This document shows, piece after piece, positions 9,155-17,913 of a stretch of DNA of 64,000 nucleotides; the stretch's first letter is position 1, and each line of letters starts with the position of its first letter. This stretch comes from an uncultured virus (IMG/VR IMGVR_UViG_3300030376_003962) (lineage: Duplodnaviria; Heunggongvirae; Uroviricota; Caudoviricetes). The notes under the pieces were generated by a model. It was not told the origin of the DNA. It did no database searches and saw only the letters and a program-made list of their open reading frames with translations. The stretch lies in IMG/VR virus record IMGVR_UViG_3300030376_003962, one strand, 5' to 3'. A program made the position numbers and the translations under genes.

Positions 9155-10036
9155 TCAGAACCATTCATCTAGCCCCCGTTGATTTCTGTCTTTAGTTATC
9201 TGATTCAAGTCCCATTCCATTGCTCTGAATACAGGCTCTGCTTTCTTGACTACAGAATCTGCATAGTGTTGCCAATCAGGAGTGAAGCCGTCGAAGTCTT
9301 CCTTCAGTAAGAACGAAACGTAGTTTGGCGTTACTGCCTTATCGATAATCGGATTGATATAAGTTTGATTACAGTTCTTTATCCTTAGAAAAAGATACGA
9401 GTCATCTATTGACTGATAGCCCATACTGTGACTAAACAGAACACCTTCTACACCTGAACCAACCGTTGGTCTCTTATCACCAAGAGTCTTGAATGATTTA
9501 GGCGCACCACAACAGGGCGTCTCCATCAAATCAAACATCGAACTGGTCTGACGACAGTTGTTGCACACTACTTGGAATCTCTCTTCCCTGTATCGGCTTC
9601 TTTTGAGTATGTCTACTATTGGTAATCTTCCATTCACGACCTCATTGTACTTTTCATTCAGGTAGTCTACAATCTCATTCTCTGATTTGTTCTCAACCCA
9701 CATGTTGAGTACATTCAATTGCACATCTTTAGCCAATTGAGTGTTGGAAACACGCTTTGCAGTGAATCCTGTCATAACGAACTCTTCTTTATCTAGAAAA
9801 TCTCCGTCTTTCCAAGTAATTAGACCGGCATTTCTGTTTTTTGTTGCTCCAACGCCCAATGTTCGGAAGTATTTCTCAAACTCTAGAGTCACAGGATGTT
9901 CTTTTAGCCCCATTACATTAGGAAAGAGTTCTCTAACATGTTCATTCAGTATTTTAAGAGCCTTTTCAGCAGTCTCTATGCTGTTATCCTCGACATCGAC
10001 GTAAATCGAATCAGTATGACCATAAACTACCTTCAT
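9155..10036 (-). CDS. polB: Family B DNA polymerase, C-terminal part (motif C, thumb, PIP box)
   Basis: Begins MKVVYGHTDSIYV (motif C), then LEFEK, KNRNAG, GFTAKR; ends QRGLDEWF (PIP box). Confidence 0.9.
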   Translation of the reverse strand: MKVVYGHTDSIYVDVEDNSIETAEKALKILNEHVRELFPNVMGLKEHPVTLEFEKYFRTLGVGATKNRNAGLITWKDGDFLDKEEFVMTGFTAKRVSNTQLAKDVQLNVLNMWVENKSENEIVDYLNEKYNEVVNGRLPIVDILKRSRYREERFQVVCNNCRQTSSMFDLMETPCCGAPKSFKTLGDKRPTVGSGVEGVLFSHSMGYQSIDDSYLFLRIKNCNQTYINPIIDKAVTPNYVSFLLKEDFDGFTPDWQHYADSVVKKAEPVFRAMEWDLNQITKDRNQRGLDEWF

Positions 10037-10242
10037 ATTACATTCACATCCTGTAAAAGCGAGAACAAACCGTAAACGAATACAGAAACGAACAGAACCT
10101 TACTTGAAATGCTCAATAACTTCCTAGCATCCTTTAATATCTGATTCATAGCCTCCTTTCTCAACTCAGACTCTGATTTCTCAGGTGTTTTCCCTTTCTC
10201 ACTCTTTAAAAATTCAATATTTGCACTTTTTATTGGCATCAC
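10033..10242 (-). CDS. Small protein with C-terminal TM segment, lying between the two polB parts
   Basis: 69 aa, coupled by GTGA/ATGA overlaps at both ends; VLFVSVFVYGLFSLL. Confidence 0.6.
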   Translation of the reverse strand: MMPIKSANIEFLKSEKGKTPEKSESELRKEAMNQILKDARKLLSISSKVLFVSVFVYGLFSLLQDVNVI

Positions 10243-11903
10243 AGTTCCCTCACTTTAAACGCAGCAGCCCTGATTGCTTCTCTAGCACTAGCAGTTATAC
10301 TAGCAGCCAAATCAACATCAGCCCAACCGAATCCTTGGTATGCGATGATACCATAGAATGAAGCCATCAGTCTTTTGACAGCAAGTTGATTGTTGTTCCA
10401 CTTTGCGTATTCACTTTTACTTTCACTTTCTTTCATCTTCACTTTGTATTCGTTCCTCAACTCTTTGAGTTCTAGAACTGCTTTTGGTAGCAACCCTAGT
10501 TCATTCGTCTTGTAATATCTCATGTCACTGTCCTTTACTTCAGAGAAGTCCTTTGGTGTTCTCAGATTTACACCAAATTCTGTTGGTGCTTCTGACTTGG
10601 TTTCCCAAGAGATATTTCTTGCAATCATCATGCTTGGATATAGACCAGCAAAGTCGAATGCTGCAACACCCAAATGCAGGCCGTTCGTACCCTCGCTGAG
10701 AGGGTCATAGACCATTGCCCCATCATAGTCCACCCTGTCACCTTTCCTACCCGTAGGGGCTTTCCATGAAGCATTTCTCATGAAGTATATTCCACCCATG
10801 TTGCTAGCATAGAAGCAAGCGTCGAATGGTGCTTTTAGTAAAAGTTGTAAAGAGATGATGGCTTCAGTTGTGAAGTTCTCATCGTCTATCCTCTTGATTA
10901 GTTCTACATCTTTCAAAGCATAATCTAGATAGGTCTCTGTGTCTTCTTGCCAACCTCTCCTGAAGAATTCATTCTTATCAGGAAATTTCTCACTGACTAA
11001 CTTCTTTTCTCCAAGCACATGCTCTGATACATAATCCAAGGATAGTGATGGTAGTGTTCCCTTCTGAGCATCATTCCACTGTCTCTCAAACGCTAAGTCT
11101 AGAGGTACACAGATTCTACCCTTGATTGGTTGTGCTATTGGAGAGTAGTTTTCTATCTGCTTCTTCTTAAGAATACGACTACCCTGACTGATAGACCATT
11201 CAACACCTGTGAGTTCTTGAACAGGCGATAGTAGTCTTGGGTCGATGCCATTGACATCTAATCTCTCAATTAATTTAGGAACATCGAACTTCCAACCAAA
11301 CCATGAGATAAGCATATCCGGGTCTTTCTCTGTAATCATTAGAATGAACCTCTCAAGTATAGTTCTCTCAGATTCTTCTGAGTCAGGTTGCCAAGTAAGA
11401 GTGTAATACTCGTCATCAAAGTTATCGTAAACAACAATAGCAGTAATAGCACCATCATGCTCTCCACCTTGCATCCACTCCATATCCCAATACCACTTAC
11501 GCATTCGATATTGTGGCATCTCTGTAATCTCATCAACGGCATAGCGGTAGTGATGTCTCACATCTGCCTCATAGGTGTTGATTCCCCTGTTGTGGAAATT
11601 AGTACGAATCTTACTAATCATCTTCCCTGATTTGGTATAGCGAGTCTTGTATGGCGTCCAAGTCACCTTCAATAGTCTCTGCCCGTCAAGATTAACCCAA
11701 TCTCCTTCTTCATAGAAGAGATTTACGAAGAATGGTTTTGACCTACCCTCCTGTAGAACAATCTTGTCTTTCAGAGCATGGTTTCTGTTTTCGATGAAGA
11801 AGTAAGGGGAGAACTCCGAGAAAGAAATATTCCTATCCTTTCTGTTCTCTTCCTCATCTCTCCAACGTAGAAGAATACCCTCTTCAGTATTTGCTATTAT
11901 CAT
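10239..11903 (-). CDS. polB: Family B DNA polymerase, N-terminal part (3'-5' exonuclease, motifs A and B)
   Basis: ExoI WDMEW, ExoII WKFD, ExoIII YALKD; motif A FDFAGLYPS; motif B QLAVKRLMASFYG. Confidence 0.92.
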   Translation of the reverse strand: MIIANTEEGILLRWRDEEENRKDRNISFSEFSPYFFIENRNHALKDKIVLQEGRSKPFFVNLFYEEGDWVNLDGQRLLKVTWTPYKTRYTKSGKMISKIRTNFHNRGINTYEADVRHHYRYAVDEITEMPQYRMRKWYWDMEWMQGGEHDGAITAIVVYDNFDDEYYTLTWQPDSEESERTILERFILMITEKDPDMLISWFGWKFDVPKLIERLDVNGIDPRLLSPVQELTGVEWSISQGSRILKKKQIENYSPIAQPIKGRICVPLDLAFERQWNDAQKGTLPSLSLDYVSEHVLGEKKLVSEKFPDKNEFFRRGWQEDTETYLDYALKDVELIKRIDDENFTTEAIISLQLLLKAPFDACFYASNMGGIYFMRNASWKAPTGRKGDRVDYDGAMVYDPLSEGTNGLHLGVAAFDFAGLYPSMMIARNISWETKSEAPTEFGVNLRTPKDFSEVKDSDMRYYKTNELGLLPKAVLELKELRNEYKVKMKESESKSEYAKWNNNQLAVKRLMASFYGIIAYQGFGWADVDLAASITASAREAIRAAAFKVREL

Positions 11904-11907
11904 AATA

Positions 11908-12669
11908 TCACCTAGTTAAGTATGGGGCTTTGATTAATACTCTATCTGTTCCCTGCCAAATGACAGGGGATTCATCTCTGAGATAGATAGTTACAGGCAC
12001 AGAGCCACGAAAGAACTTGTGGAACTGTCCAGTCACTTCCACTGTTGCTGATTCACCGTTCATAGATGTTGTAGAGACTATGACATCCACCTTGTCGATG
12101 TCAGACCTTCTACTTGAGACGGTGAAGTGTCGATTATCTGTGTCTAACAGATATTTTGCGTTGTTGATTACATCGCATGTTTTGATTGCATCAGCAAGTA
12201 TAGTCGAACCTGTTGTAATCACAGACTCGAATGATACTTTACTCCAAACGGGGTTCTCCGGTGTTATGGTGAATCCCTGAATCCTTGCAATCATAGATAT
12301 GTTTGGATGGCTTACAACCAACGGAAGACCGGCTTTCTTTCCACCACCTTCGTCATGAAGAATGATGTGGTCTCCTACCTTGAGTGTAATCCTGTCTCCT
12401 GTGAATGTCTTGAGATACTTGAGCATCCTCTCAATCTCGACTACAAACATACTTCTCTCATCGGTGACAGACAGTATTGGAACGGTTATTCTGCAAATGG
12501 TTTGATTATCTGCATTGTACAGGTTCATTTGGTTATCGCTTATCACTTCCAATTCTGCGTAGTTTGTCAATTGACTGTTCTTCGCTGTGTCTCCGTTGTG
12601 ATACTTTCCCTTCATCCACACATCTTCTAGTGCATTCATTAGTGTTTTATTGTCTATTTCTATTCTCAT
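11908..12669 (-). CDS. Putative DNA sliding clamp (PCNA-like)
   Basis: 253 aa with the two-domain alternating alpha/beta pattern of clamps, ending VLIKAPY; next to polB; PIP boxes and RFC occur in the same block. Confidence 0.6.
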   Translation of the reverse strand: MRIEIDNKTLMNALEDVWMKGKYHNGDTAKNSQLTNYAELEVISDNQMNLYNADNQTICRITVPILSVTDERSMFVVEIERMLKYLKTFTGDRITLKVGDHIILHDEGGGKKAGLPLVVSHPNISMIARIQGFTITPENPVWSKVSFESVITTGSTILADAIKTCDVINNAKYLLDTDNRHFTVSSRRSDIDKVDVIVSTTSMNGESATVEVTGQFHKFFRGSVPVTIYLRDESPVIWQGTDRVLIKAPYLTR

Positions 12670-12689
12670 ATTTATTCCTCCTTCGTAGT

Positions 12690-12723
12690 GTAGATGGGAT
12701 GGGTGTTACCCCACCCCACCTAC
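12690..12723 (-). other. Intergenic stem-loop
   Basis: Minus strand GTAGGTGGGGTGGG-GTAACA-CCCATCCCATCTAC between the ATPase and clamp genes. Confidence 0.5.
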
Positions 12724-12731
12724 GTTCACGT

Positions 12732-13595
12732 TCAAAGTTCTCCTGCTTTTATTTCAGGAAAACCGTTCCAGTCTACCTTCCCATCTTCGATGGTTAAGAC
12801 CTTCAATCTCTTGCCTATCATCTCAGGCTTCCTAGCACTTGCCTCTACCATAGCGGTGAAGGTTGCACCATTCTTCCTGATGTCTCTAGACATCCTGACT
12901 GTTGCGGTAAAGATGTCCTCTGTTGTTGAATGCCAGTTAGCCTCAACGCCAACAGGGTTTGGATTACCAGCATACTTGTCCTTAGAATGAGCAATCACTA
13001 TTCGATGACATTGCATCTCTAGTATCTGCTTGTGCAAGAAGTTCTTGTAAGGAGTGTTTCTATCACCCCAAACATACGGTGGTTGCTTGATTACAGTGTC
13101 AGCATCCATACCATGCTTCTCACGCATCTTAGTCTCACAAACATCTGTCAGTAGTTTGTCTGCCCCGTCCACGATGACTGCCTTCAGTTTACCTTCCTCT
13201 AACAACTCCAATGCCATTTGATAGAACGCTCTCGCATTATCCATAGTCTCATCGAAATCAACTAGACTTCCATCCTTCCTGACTATCGGGTTATACACAA
13301 TTAGATTTTCCACGTTACCGTAGTGATTCCTCTTAACGTCTATTGCTCTGTTATCAAAGTCGAACACTAGAACTTTCATATCGTTCTTGATATCTTCTTC
13401 CGTCAACAAATCCATAGCCGTTGCCGATTTAGCAGACTTGGGTTCTCCCCAAATACCGAGACACAGGAATGACTTGTTGTTCTCCTGTGCTTGCTTTATC
13501 TGCTCAAGCATAGCCCTCTTGCGAAGAGCATATTTGCCTTCATCAGATTCTTTCGTTGTTACTGCCTTTGTCTTATCTGTTGTTGTCCAACTCAT
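12732..13595 (-). CDS. RecA-fold ATPase (AAA_24/Sak4/RadA-like recombination protein)
   Basis: GIWGEPKSAKS (variant P-loop), VLVFDFD, AVIVDG, IVIAH; near the SSB gene. Confidence 0.7.
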   Translation of the reverse strand: MSWTTTDKTKAVTTKESDEGKYALRKRAMLEQIKQAQENNKSFLCLGIWGEPKSAKSATAMDLLTEEDIKNDMKVLVFDFDNRAIDVKRNHYGNVENLIVYNPIVRKDGSLVDFDETMDNARAFYQMALELLEEGKLKAVIVDGADKLLTDVCETKMREKHGMDADTVIKQPPYVWGDRNTPYKNFLHKQILEMQCHRIVIAHSKDKYAGNPNPVGVEANWHSTTEDIFTATVRMSRDIRKNGATFTAMVEASARKPEMIGKRLKVLTIEDGKVDWNGFPEIKAGEL

Positions 13596-13845
13596 ATCTA
13601 TCACCATTCTTATATTCATCAGGGCTAAATGTAATGCCCATCCATTGTTTTAGTAAATCATTAAGTTCTGTAAGAGATAGTTTGACCCTTACATCCTTGT
13701 TCTTAAAGTGAAACTTCGTCCAATAGTCTCCGGTGTCGGGATTGTACTTCCAAGTTAGGAAGTCTACGCTATCCATGAGGAAGGCAAAACTTCTCCCATG
13801 AATAACGAGACTCCCGTTGGAATCAGCACTCATACTGTATTCCAT
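13573..13845 (-). CDS. Hypothetical protein
   Basis: 90 aa, GAGGTG RBS, in operon. Confidence 0.6.
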   Translation of the reverse strand: MEYSMSADSNGSLVIHGRSFAFLMDSVDFLTWKYNPDTGDYWTKFHFKNKDVRVKLSLTELNDLLKQWMGITFSPDEYKNGDRYELDNNR

Positions 13846-13855
13846 GTTAAGCACC

Positions 13856-15088
13856 TCAATCAAAGAACCAATCTTCTGACTCTTCTACGAAGTCTACATT
13901 CTCAGGACTACCGCCTCTAGCATTAATGACATAGAGACCGTTTACATTGATGCTTGCTGGCCTGATGTTTCCATCAGGGTCTACGCCTTGGGATGTTCTA
14001 CCCACAACTATCACTTGAGAACCTATACCGAAATCGATGTTAATGTTCTCAGGAATCCAGCAGGTTGTGCCGCTCCATCCATCGTTATCGAAATCGAAGT
14101 CAGTGTTCAAGTCATCTAGATTTAGAATCCTGTTGCCGTTAGCAGTGGGCGTAGCGTTGATGCTGTTGACGGTTCCATCTGTGAAGACGAATCTATCATC
14201 CCAATTTGCCTTGTTCTGAGAAACCTGATGATACCTATCAAGGTCAATCAGAGGACTGTAGTTTCCTCCGCAGTATTCCATAACTGCATCTTGTATTATG
14301 ATGCTGTTGACATCCTTCTTCATCTCAGAATCATCAGGTAGGTCTACGTTGTAGACCAATGACTCAAGAGTTTGACCTGCTCCACCATGAATCATATCAT
14401 CACGATTTGAATTAGGTATCACATCGAAGTGAATAAACTCAAAGGTCTTTGGCTCAAAATCCTTGGCAAACTGCTTCTTGTAGGAGAAGAAATACTTCCC
14501 CATATTACCATCTACTTCACCGACGAAGACGCCCTTTCTCTGATACTCGGATGCAGGCTGTGGCTTACCGTAGTTCTTGTTCCAGTCACCCTGTCGAGTG
14601 TCAAGCGGTACAATGAATCTACCACTGTCAACCTCTACATTGTTATCAGGCAAGTTCTTCATATGCTTGACAATCTCATCACCATCTCGCATCATCCTTG
14701 CTTCGTATCCGTCACCGTCTTCAGTAAAGACAGCGACTCTTCCGAGAGAGTAAGTCATATCACTGTCTCTCATGTACTCGTTCGTTAGTCTTTCACGGCT
14801 TCGTGCAGACATATCCATAGCAGGGTTGAGGGAGACAAAGAAGCCGAATGCTTTCTTGTATAGACTGTTACTACCTGATGTAGAGGTCGTCTGTGTGCCT
14901 TGTCTCTTCAGTGCATTGCGAGAATTACTGAAGAACTGTCTCCAAAGACTTCGGGCTAACAAGCCCTCCGTTTCTACGTTGACATTGTTCTTGGAACATA
15001 TTTCCTCAAACTTAGCCATCGCATCGTCTAGGGACATCCCTAGCAGTTCTGCTGCTTTTTCAATTTCATTCTTTATTTCATCATTCAT
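13856..15088 (-). CDS. Putative ssDNA-binding protein (RPA/OB-fold-like)
   Basis: RPA-like N-terminal helix, C-terminal OB-like segment (DGTV...ILNLDD...TTCW...GSQVIVVG), acidic/aromatic tail EESEDWFFD. Confidence 0.65.
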   Translation of the reverse strand: MNDEIKNEIEKAAELLGMSLDDAMAKFEEICSKNNVNVETEGLLARSLWRQFFSNSRNALKRQGTQTTSTSGSNSLYKKAFGFFVSLNPAMDMSARSRERLTNEYMRDSDMTYSLGRVAVFTEDGDGYEARMMRDGDEIVKHMKNLPDNNVEVDSGRFIVPLDTRQGDWNKNYGKPQPASEYQRKGVFVGEVDGNMGKYFFSYKKQFAKDFEPKTFEFIHFDVIPNSNRDDMIHGGAGQTLESLVYNVDLPDDSEMKKDVNSIIIQDAVMEYCGGNYSPLIDLDRYHQVSQNKANWDDRFVFTDGTVNSINATPTANGNRILNLDDLNTDFDFDNDGWSGTTCWIPENINIDFGIGSQVIVVGRTSQGVDPDGNIRPASINVNGLYVINARGGSPENVDFVEESEDWFFD

Positions 15089-15341
15089 TTTCATTTTCCT
15101 CCTTTGTTTTCATTTTCTTTCTTTCGTGTTTTAATTCCACTAATCCTTCTGTCAGCATGACTATGCCACACAATATCCAAAAGAAATTGGAATCTACGCT
15201 GATTAAATTTAGCGTGTTTAATGTAGGCAGTACAATCAGCAATGCACCGCCTAACGCTATTATCTCATACCGAAGTAGTAGATGTTTGATATCTTCAATA
15301 TCCACTACGCCGTCTTTGTTCAAATCCATTTTCATATTCAT
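15081..15341 (-). CDS. Small membrane protein with EF-hand/dockerin-like loop
   Basis: DLNKDGVVDIED followed by two hydrophobic helices. Confidence 0.55.
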   Translation of the reverse strand: MNMKMDLNKDGVVDIEDIKHLLLRYEIIALGGALLIVLPTLNTLNLISVDSNFFWILCGIVMLTEGLVELKHERKKMKTKEENENE

Positions 15342-15426
15342 ACCTCATTTTAAAATCTCCTTCTAGGTGAATCCATCCACTTTATTATTTGTCTCAATAT
15401 TACTATACCTATAACAAACTCAATCA

Positions 15427-16344
15427 TCAAATCATCTGTCCTATCATCCAAGAAGCAAGTAGTTTTGGAGTCATATTGCTGCTTCTCCACTCTGCTTCTC
15501 CGACTACCCTAAGTAATTTGAACTTCTTGGCGGCTGGCATATCTGTCTTAACTATGACATCGTGCATATTAACACATATTGTTCTCATGTCAACCGAATT
15601 ATACAACAAATCATGCACCTTACCTAAACAATTATCATATTTATTTTCATCAATCATTTGCAATATTTCAGTATAGGGTTCTAAGTTCTTGTCAATCTGA
15701 CTCAATAGCGAAGACTTGCTGTAGATTGCAGCCTGCAATTCAGTAAGTCCTCGTCTCATATCCCCATGAAGGGAGCCTATGAAGATTTCCAAGTCATCGC
15801 TAGATACATGGCTAACTCCCTCATTTTCTAATACTCTCGTCAATAGAAGATGCATAGTCTGTGGTCGCAATCTATCGAATCTGTAATTAGCGCACCTCGA
15901 TTGAAGTGGATGTATTATCCTGTGTCTGTCATTGCAAGTGATAATGAATCTACAATTGTCCGAGTATCTTTCCATCATCCTCTTCAATGCATTCTGCGCA
16001 TCCTTGGTCATACCATCCATCTCATCAAGAAGTATAATCTTGAAAGGTACGTCACCAATCTTCTTCGTGGAAGCAATGTCCTTGATTTGGTTCCTGACTG
16101 TCTCTAGTCTTCTGTCGTCTGATGCGTTGATTTCAAAGAAGTTGCTTGGCTTGTCATCCTTCAGAATATCATTTGCCAGTGCGATACCAGCAGCAGTCTT
16201 ACCTACACCTGCCACACCGTACAATAGAACATTGGGCATATTTCCTTGTGATACCCAACTCTCTGCATCAATCGTGAAGTTATATTGTCCGACTATATCA
16301 GCAATCTTCTTTGGTCTATATTTCTCTGTCCATAACATTTTCAT
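15427..16344 (-). CDS. rfcS: Replication factor C small subunit (clamp loader)
   Basis: LWTEKYRP, GVAGVGKT, EINASDDR, IILLDEMD, AQNAL, LQSRC, GDMRR. Confidence 0.95.
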   Translation of the reverse strand: MKMLWTEKYRPKKIADIVGQYNFTIDAESWVSQGNMPNVLLYGVAGVGKTAAGIALANDILKDDKPSNFFEINASDDRRLETVRNQIKDIASTKKIGDVPFKIILLDEMDGMTKDAQNALKRMMERYSDNCRFIITCNDRHRIIHPLQSRCANYRFDRLRPQTMHLLLTRVLENEGVSHVSSDDLEIFIGSLHGDMRRGLTELQAAIYSKSSLLSQIDKNLEPYTEILQMIDENKYDNCLGKVHDLLYNSVDMRTICVNMHDVIVKTDMPAAKKFKLLRVVGEAEWRSSNMTPKLLASWMIGQMI

Positions 16345-16353
16345 TCCTCATTC

Positions 16354-17208
16354 TTAATCTAACCACTTTGACAGTGTGGTAACTGGTTGTACTGGTGTTG
16401 TCTTCTTTCTCCTTGTTTTCTCACCGAGACCTAACGTGCGCGTGTGTAGCGAACTTAGGGTTTCTCTACAATAGTCTTGAAAATCAGGGTTTTTCATTAA
16501 GTCTTTCAAAAGATAAACTTGAGAATCCCGCATTTTTAACCTTCGTAGAATTTTCGGTATTTCAGAATACTTCTTTCTTTGTGGTGGTGTCATCTTCCTT
16601 TGCATTCTCCCGTCGTGAGAGTAAGCAAGCATTTCGTAGAAGTATGATTTATTCCACCTTCTCTTTACCTTGGAATCAAGGAACATCAATTTGTTGGGAT
16701 GTATGTTCGGTGCTAGCCAAGATATGAATTGAACGTCAGCAGGTTCGCTGATTTTCAGGGTGTTCATGATAATCTCCCTATCGGGATTACGCAGATAGTC
16801 TCCAACCAGTGTGAAGATATCTACATCATAGTTGTGCGGCTCATCAGAACGTGGTGCTAACTCCTTGATTTCATCGACATCTAGTTTCTTGCCACGCTTC
16901 AACTTACATAGATTGAACAGTTTCTTCGGCACATCCTTCTGATTGATGGATGTAAGAACCACTTGACCTCTGTATTCTAGGATAGTCCTCCTGATTAAAT
17001 CGACATTCGGTTTGTAATTACACTCACGAATGATGATACCAACATCTGCTGATAGGCTGTAGTTGTCCTCTATGTCAAACTCATTTGCATATCGAACAAT
17101 AGGCTCATCAGATACAAGTGCCATTGCCTTGTTCAGTTTGTCTGTTCCGTCTTTACCTACTATTATTATCGCTCTATTCTTATTTTCATTTATTTTCAAT
17201 AGACTCAT
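16354..17208 (-). CDS. Divergent RFC large subunit-like protein
   Basis: Directly upstream of rfcS; degenerate P-loop GKDGTDKL; VDIFTLV; C-terminal PIP-like VTTLSKW. Confidence 0.5.
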   Translation of the reverse strand: MSLLKINENKNRAIIIVGKDGTDKLNKAMALVSDEPIVRYANEFDIEDNYSLSADVGIIIRECNYKPNVDLIRRTILEYRGQVVLTSINQKDVPKKLFNLCKLKRGKKLDVDEIKELAPRSDEPHNYDVDIFTLVGDYLRNPDREIIMNTLKISEPADVQFISWLAPNIHPNKLMFLDSKVKRRWNKSYFYEMLAYSHDGRMQRKMTPPQRKKYSEIPKILRRLKMRDSQVYLLKDLMKNPDFQDYCRETLSSLHTRTLGLGEKTRRKKTTPVQPVTTLSKWLD

Positions 17209-17500
17209 TTACAGTCCTCACTTCCATTATTTCTTCATAGGATTCTCCACAAACCCCACAGTCAACTAGAATCACAAACCACTTTAGGTCGCCTTCATAG
17301 TTTACACCTGCTTCATATGCAAATGTCTTGCTTCCACATTCTCTACATCCATCATTCACGCGCTGTAGCACATGATGCCGTATGATATCATCATCAGTTA
17401 TGTGCTGCTGTTCAGGTTTCAGGAATGTAACTGATAACTCACAGACGGTACAGAGGGATTTCTCTGTCTCTCTGAGATTGCATCTGGGACATAACATCAT
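17186..17500 (-). CDS. Zinc-finger protein
   Basis: Four CxxC pairs. Confidence 0.6.
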   Translation of the reverse strand: MMLCPRCNLRETEKSLCTVCELSVTFLKPEQQHITDDDIIRHHVLQRVNDGCRECGSKTFAYEAGVNYEGDLKWFVILVDCGVCGESYEEIMEVRTVNESIENK

Positions 17501-17892
17501 ATCAGCCCCTTCATCTTTAGTATCTTATCAAGTCCTTCAGCAGTAAGATGCTCCTTTCTCTTGACGATTTTCAGACACGTTCTGAAAGATTCCCAATCAC
17601 CGTTCTCGATTAGTTTCTCATTCATCATATCCAGCAGCAGAGTAAGGTTCTCCAAACCACTGATAACTAGTATCGGTTTTGGTCTTCCGCTATGCTCCTT
17701 AGATTTGTAGTTCGATTCAATCTCATGTTGTAGCAATGAACGATTGATACCCCATAGAAACACATCTCTTCCCCTGATGCAGACTCTCAATCTAACCCGA
17801 TATCCTAACTTGGACTTCGGACTACTGACGATATTCACTTCAGGGTTGGCAAGGGAAATCAAGATACCATCAAGATTTTCCTTACTGTACAC
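17497..17892 (-). CDS. LAGLIDADG endonuclease-like protein (degenerate motif)
   Basis: GYRVRLRV, EHLTAEGLDKILKMK tail typical of LAGLIDADG_1; N-terminal LDGILIS lacks the canonical acidic residue. Confidence 0.6.
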   Translation of the reverse strand: MYSKENLDGILISLANPEVNIVSSPKSKLGYRVRLRVCIRGRDVFLWGINRSLLQHEIESNYKSKEHSGRPKPILVISGLENLTLLLDMMNEKLIENGDWESFRTCLKIVKRKEHLTAEGLDKILKMKGLI

Positions 17893-17913
17893 ATGTCTCC
17901 GATACTAGGATAG

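Noticed and set aside
10033..10242. Intein or group I intron interrupting polB
   Set aside because: No intein terminal residues or recognisable intron core; the insert is a coupled ORF.
12732..13595. MSWTTT start of the RecA-fold ATPase as a capsid leader
   Set aside because: Lacks the hydrophobic-hydrophobic-Lys part of the motif and lies in the replication block.
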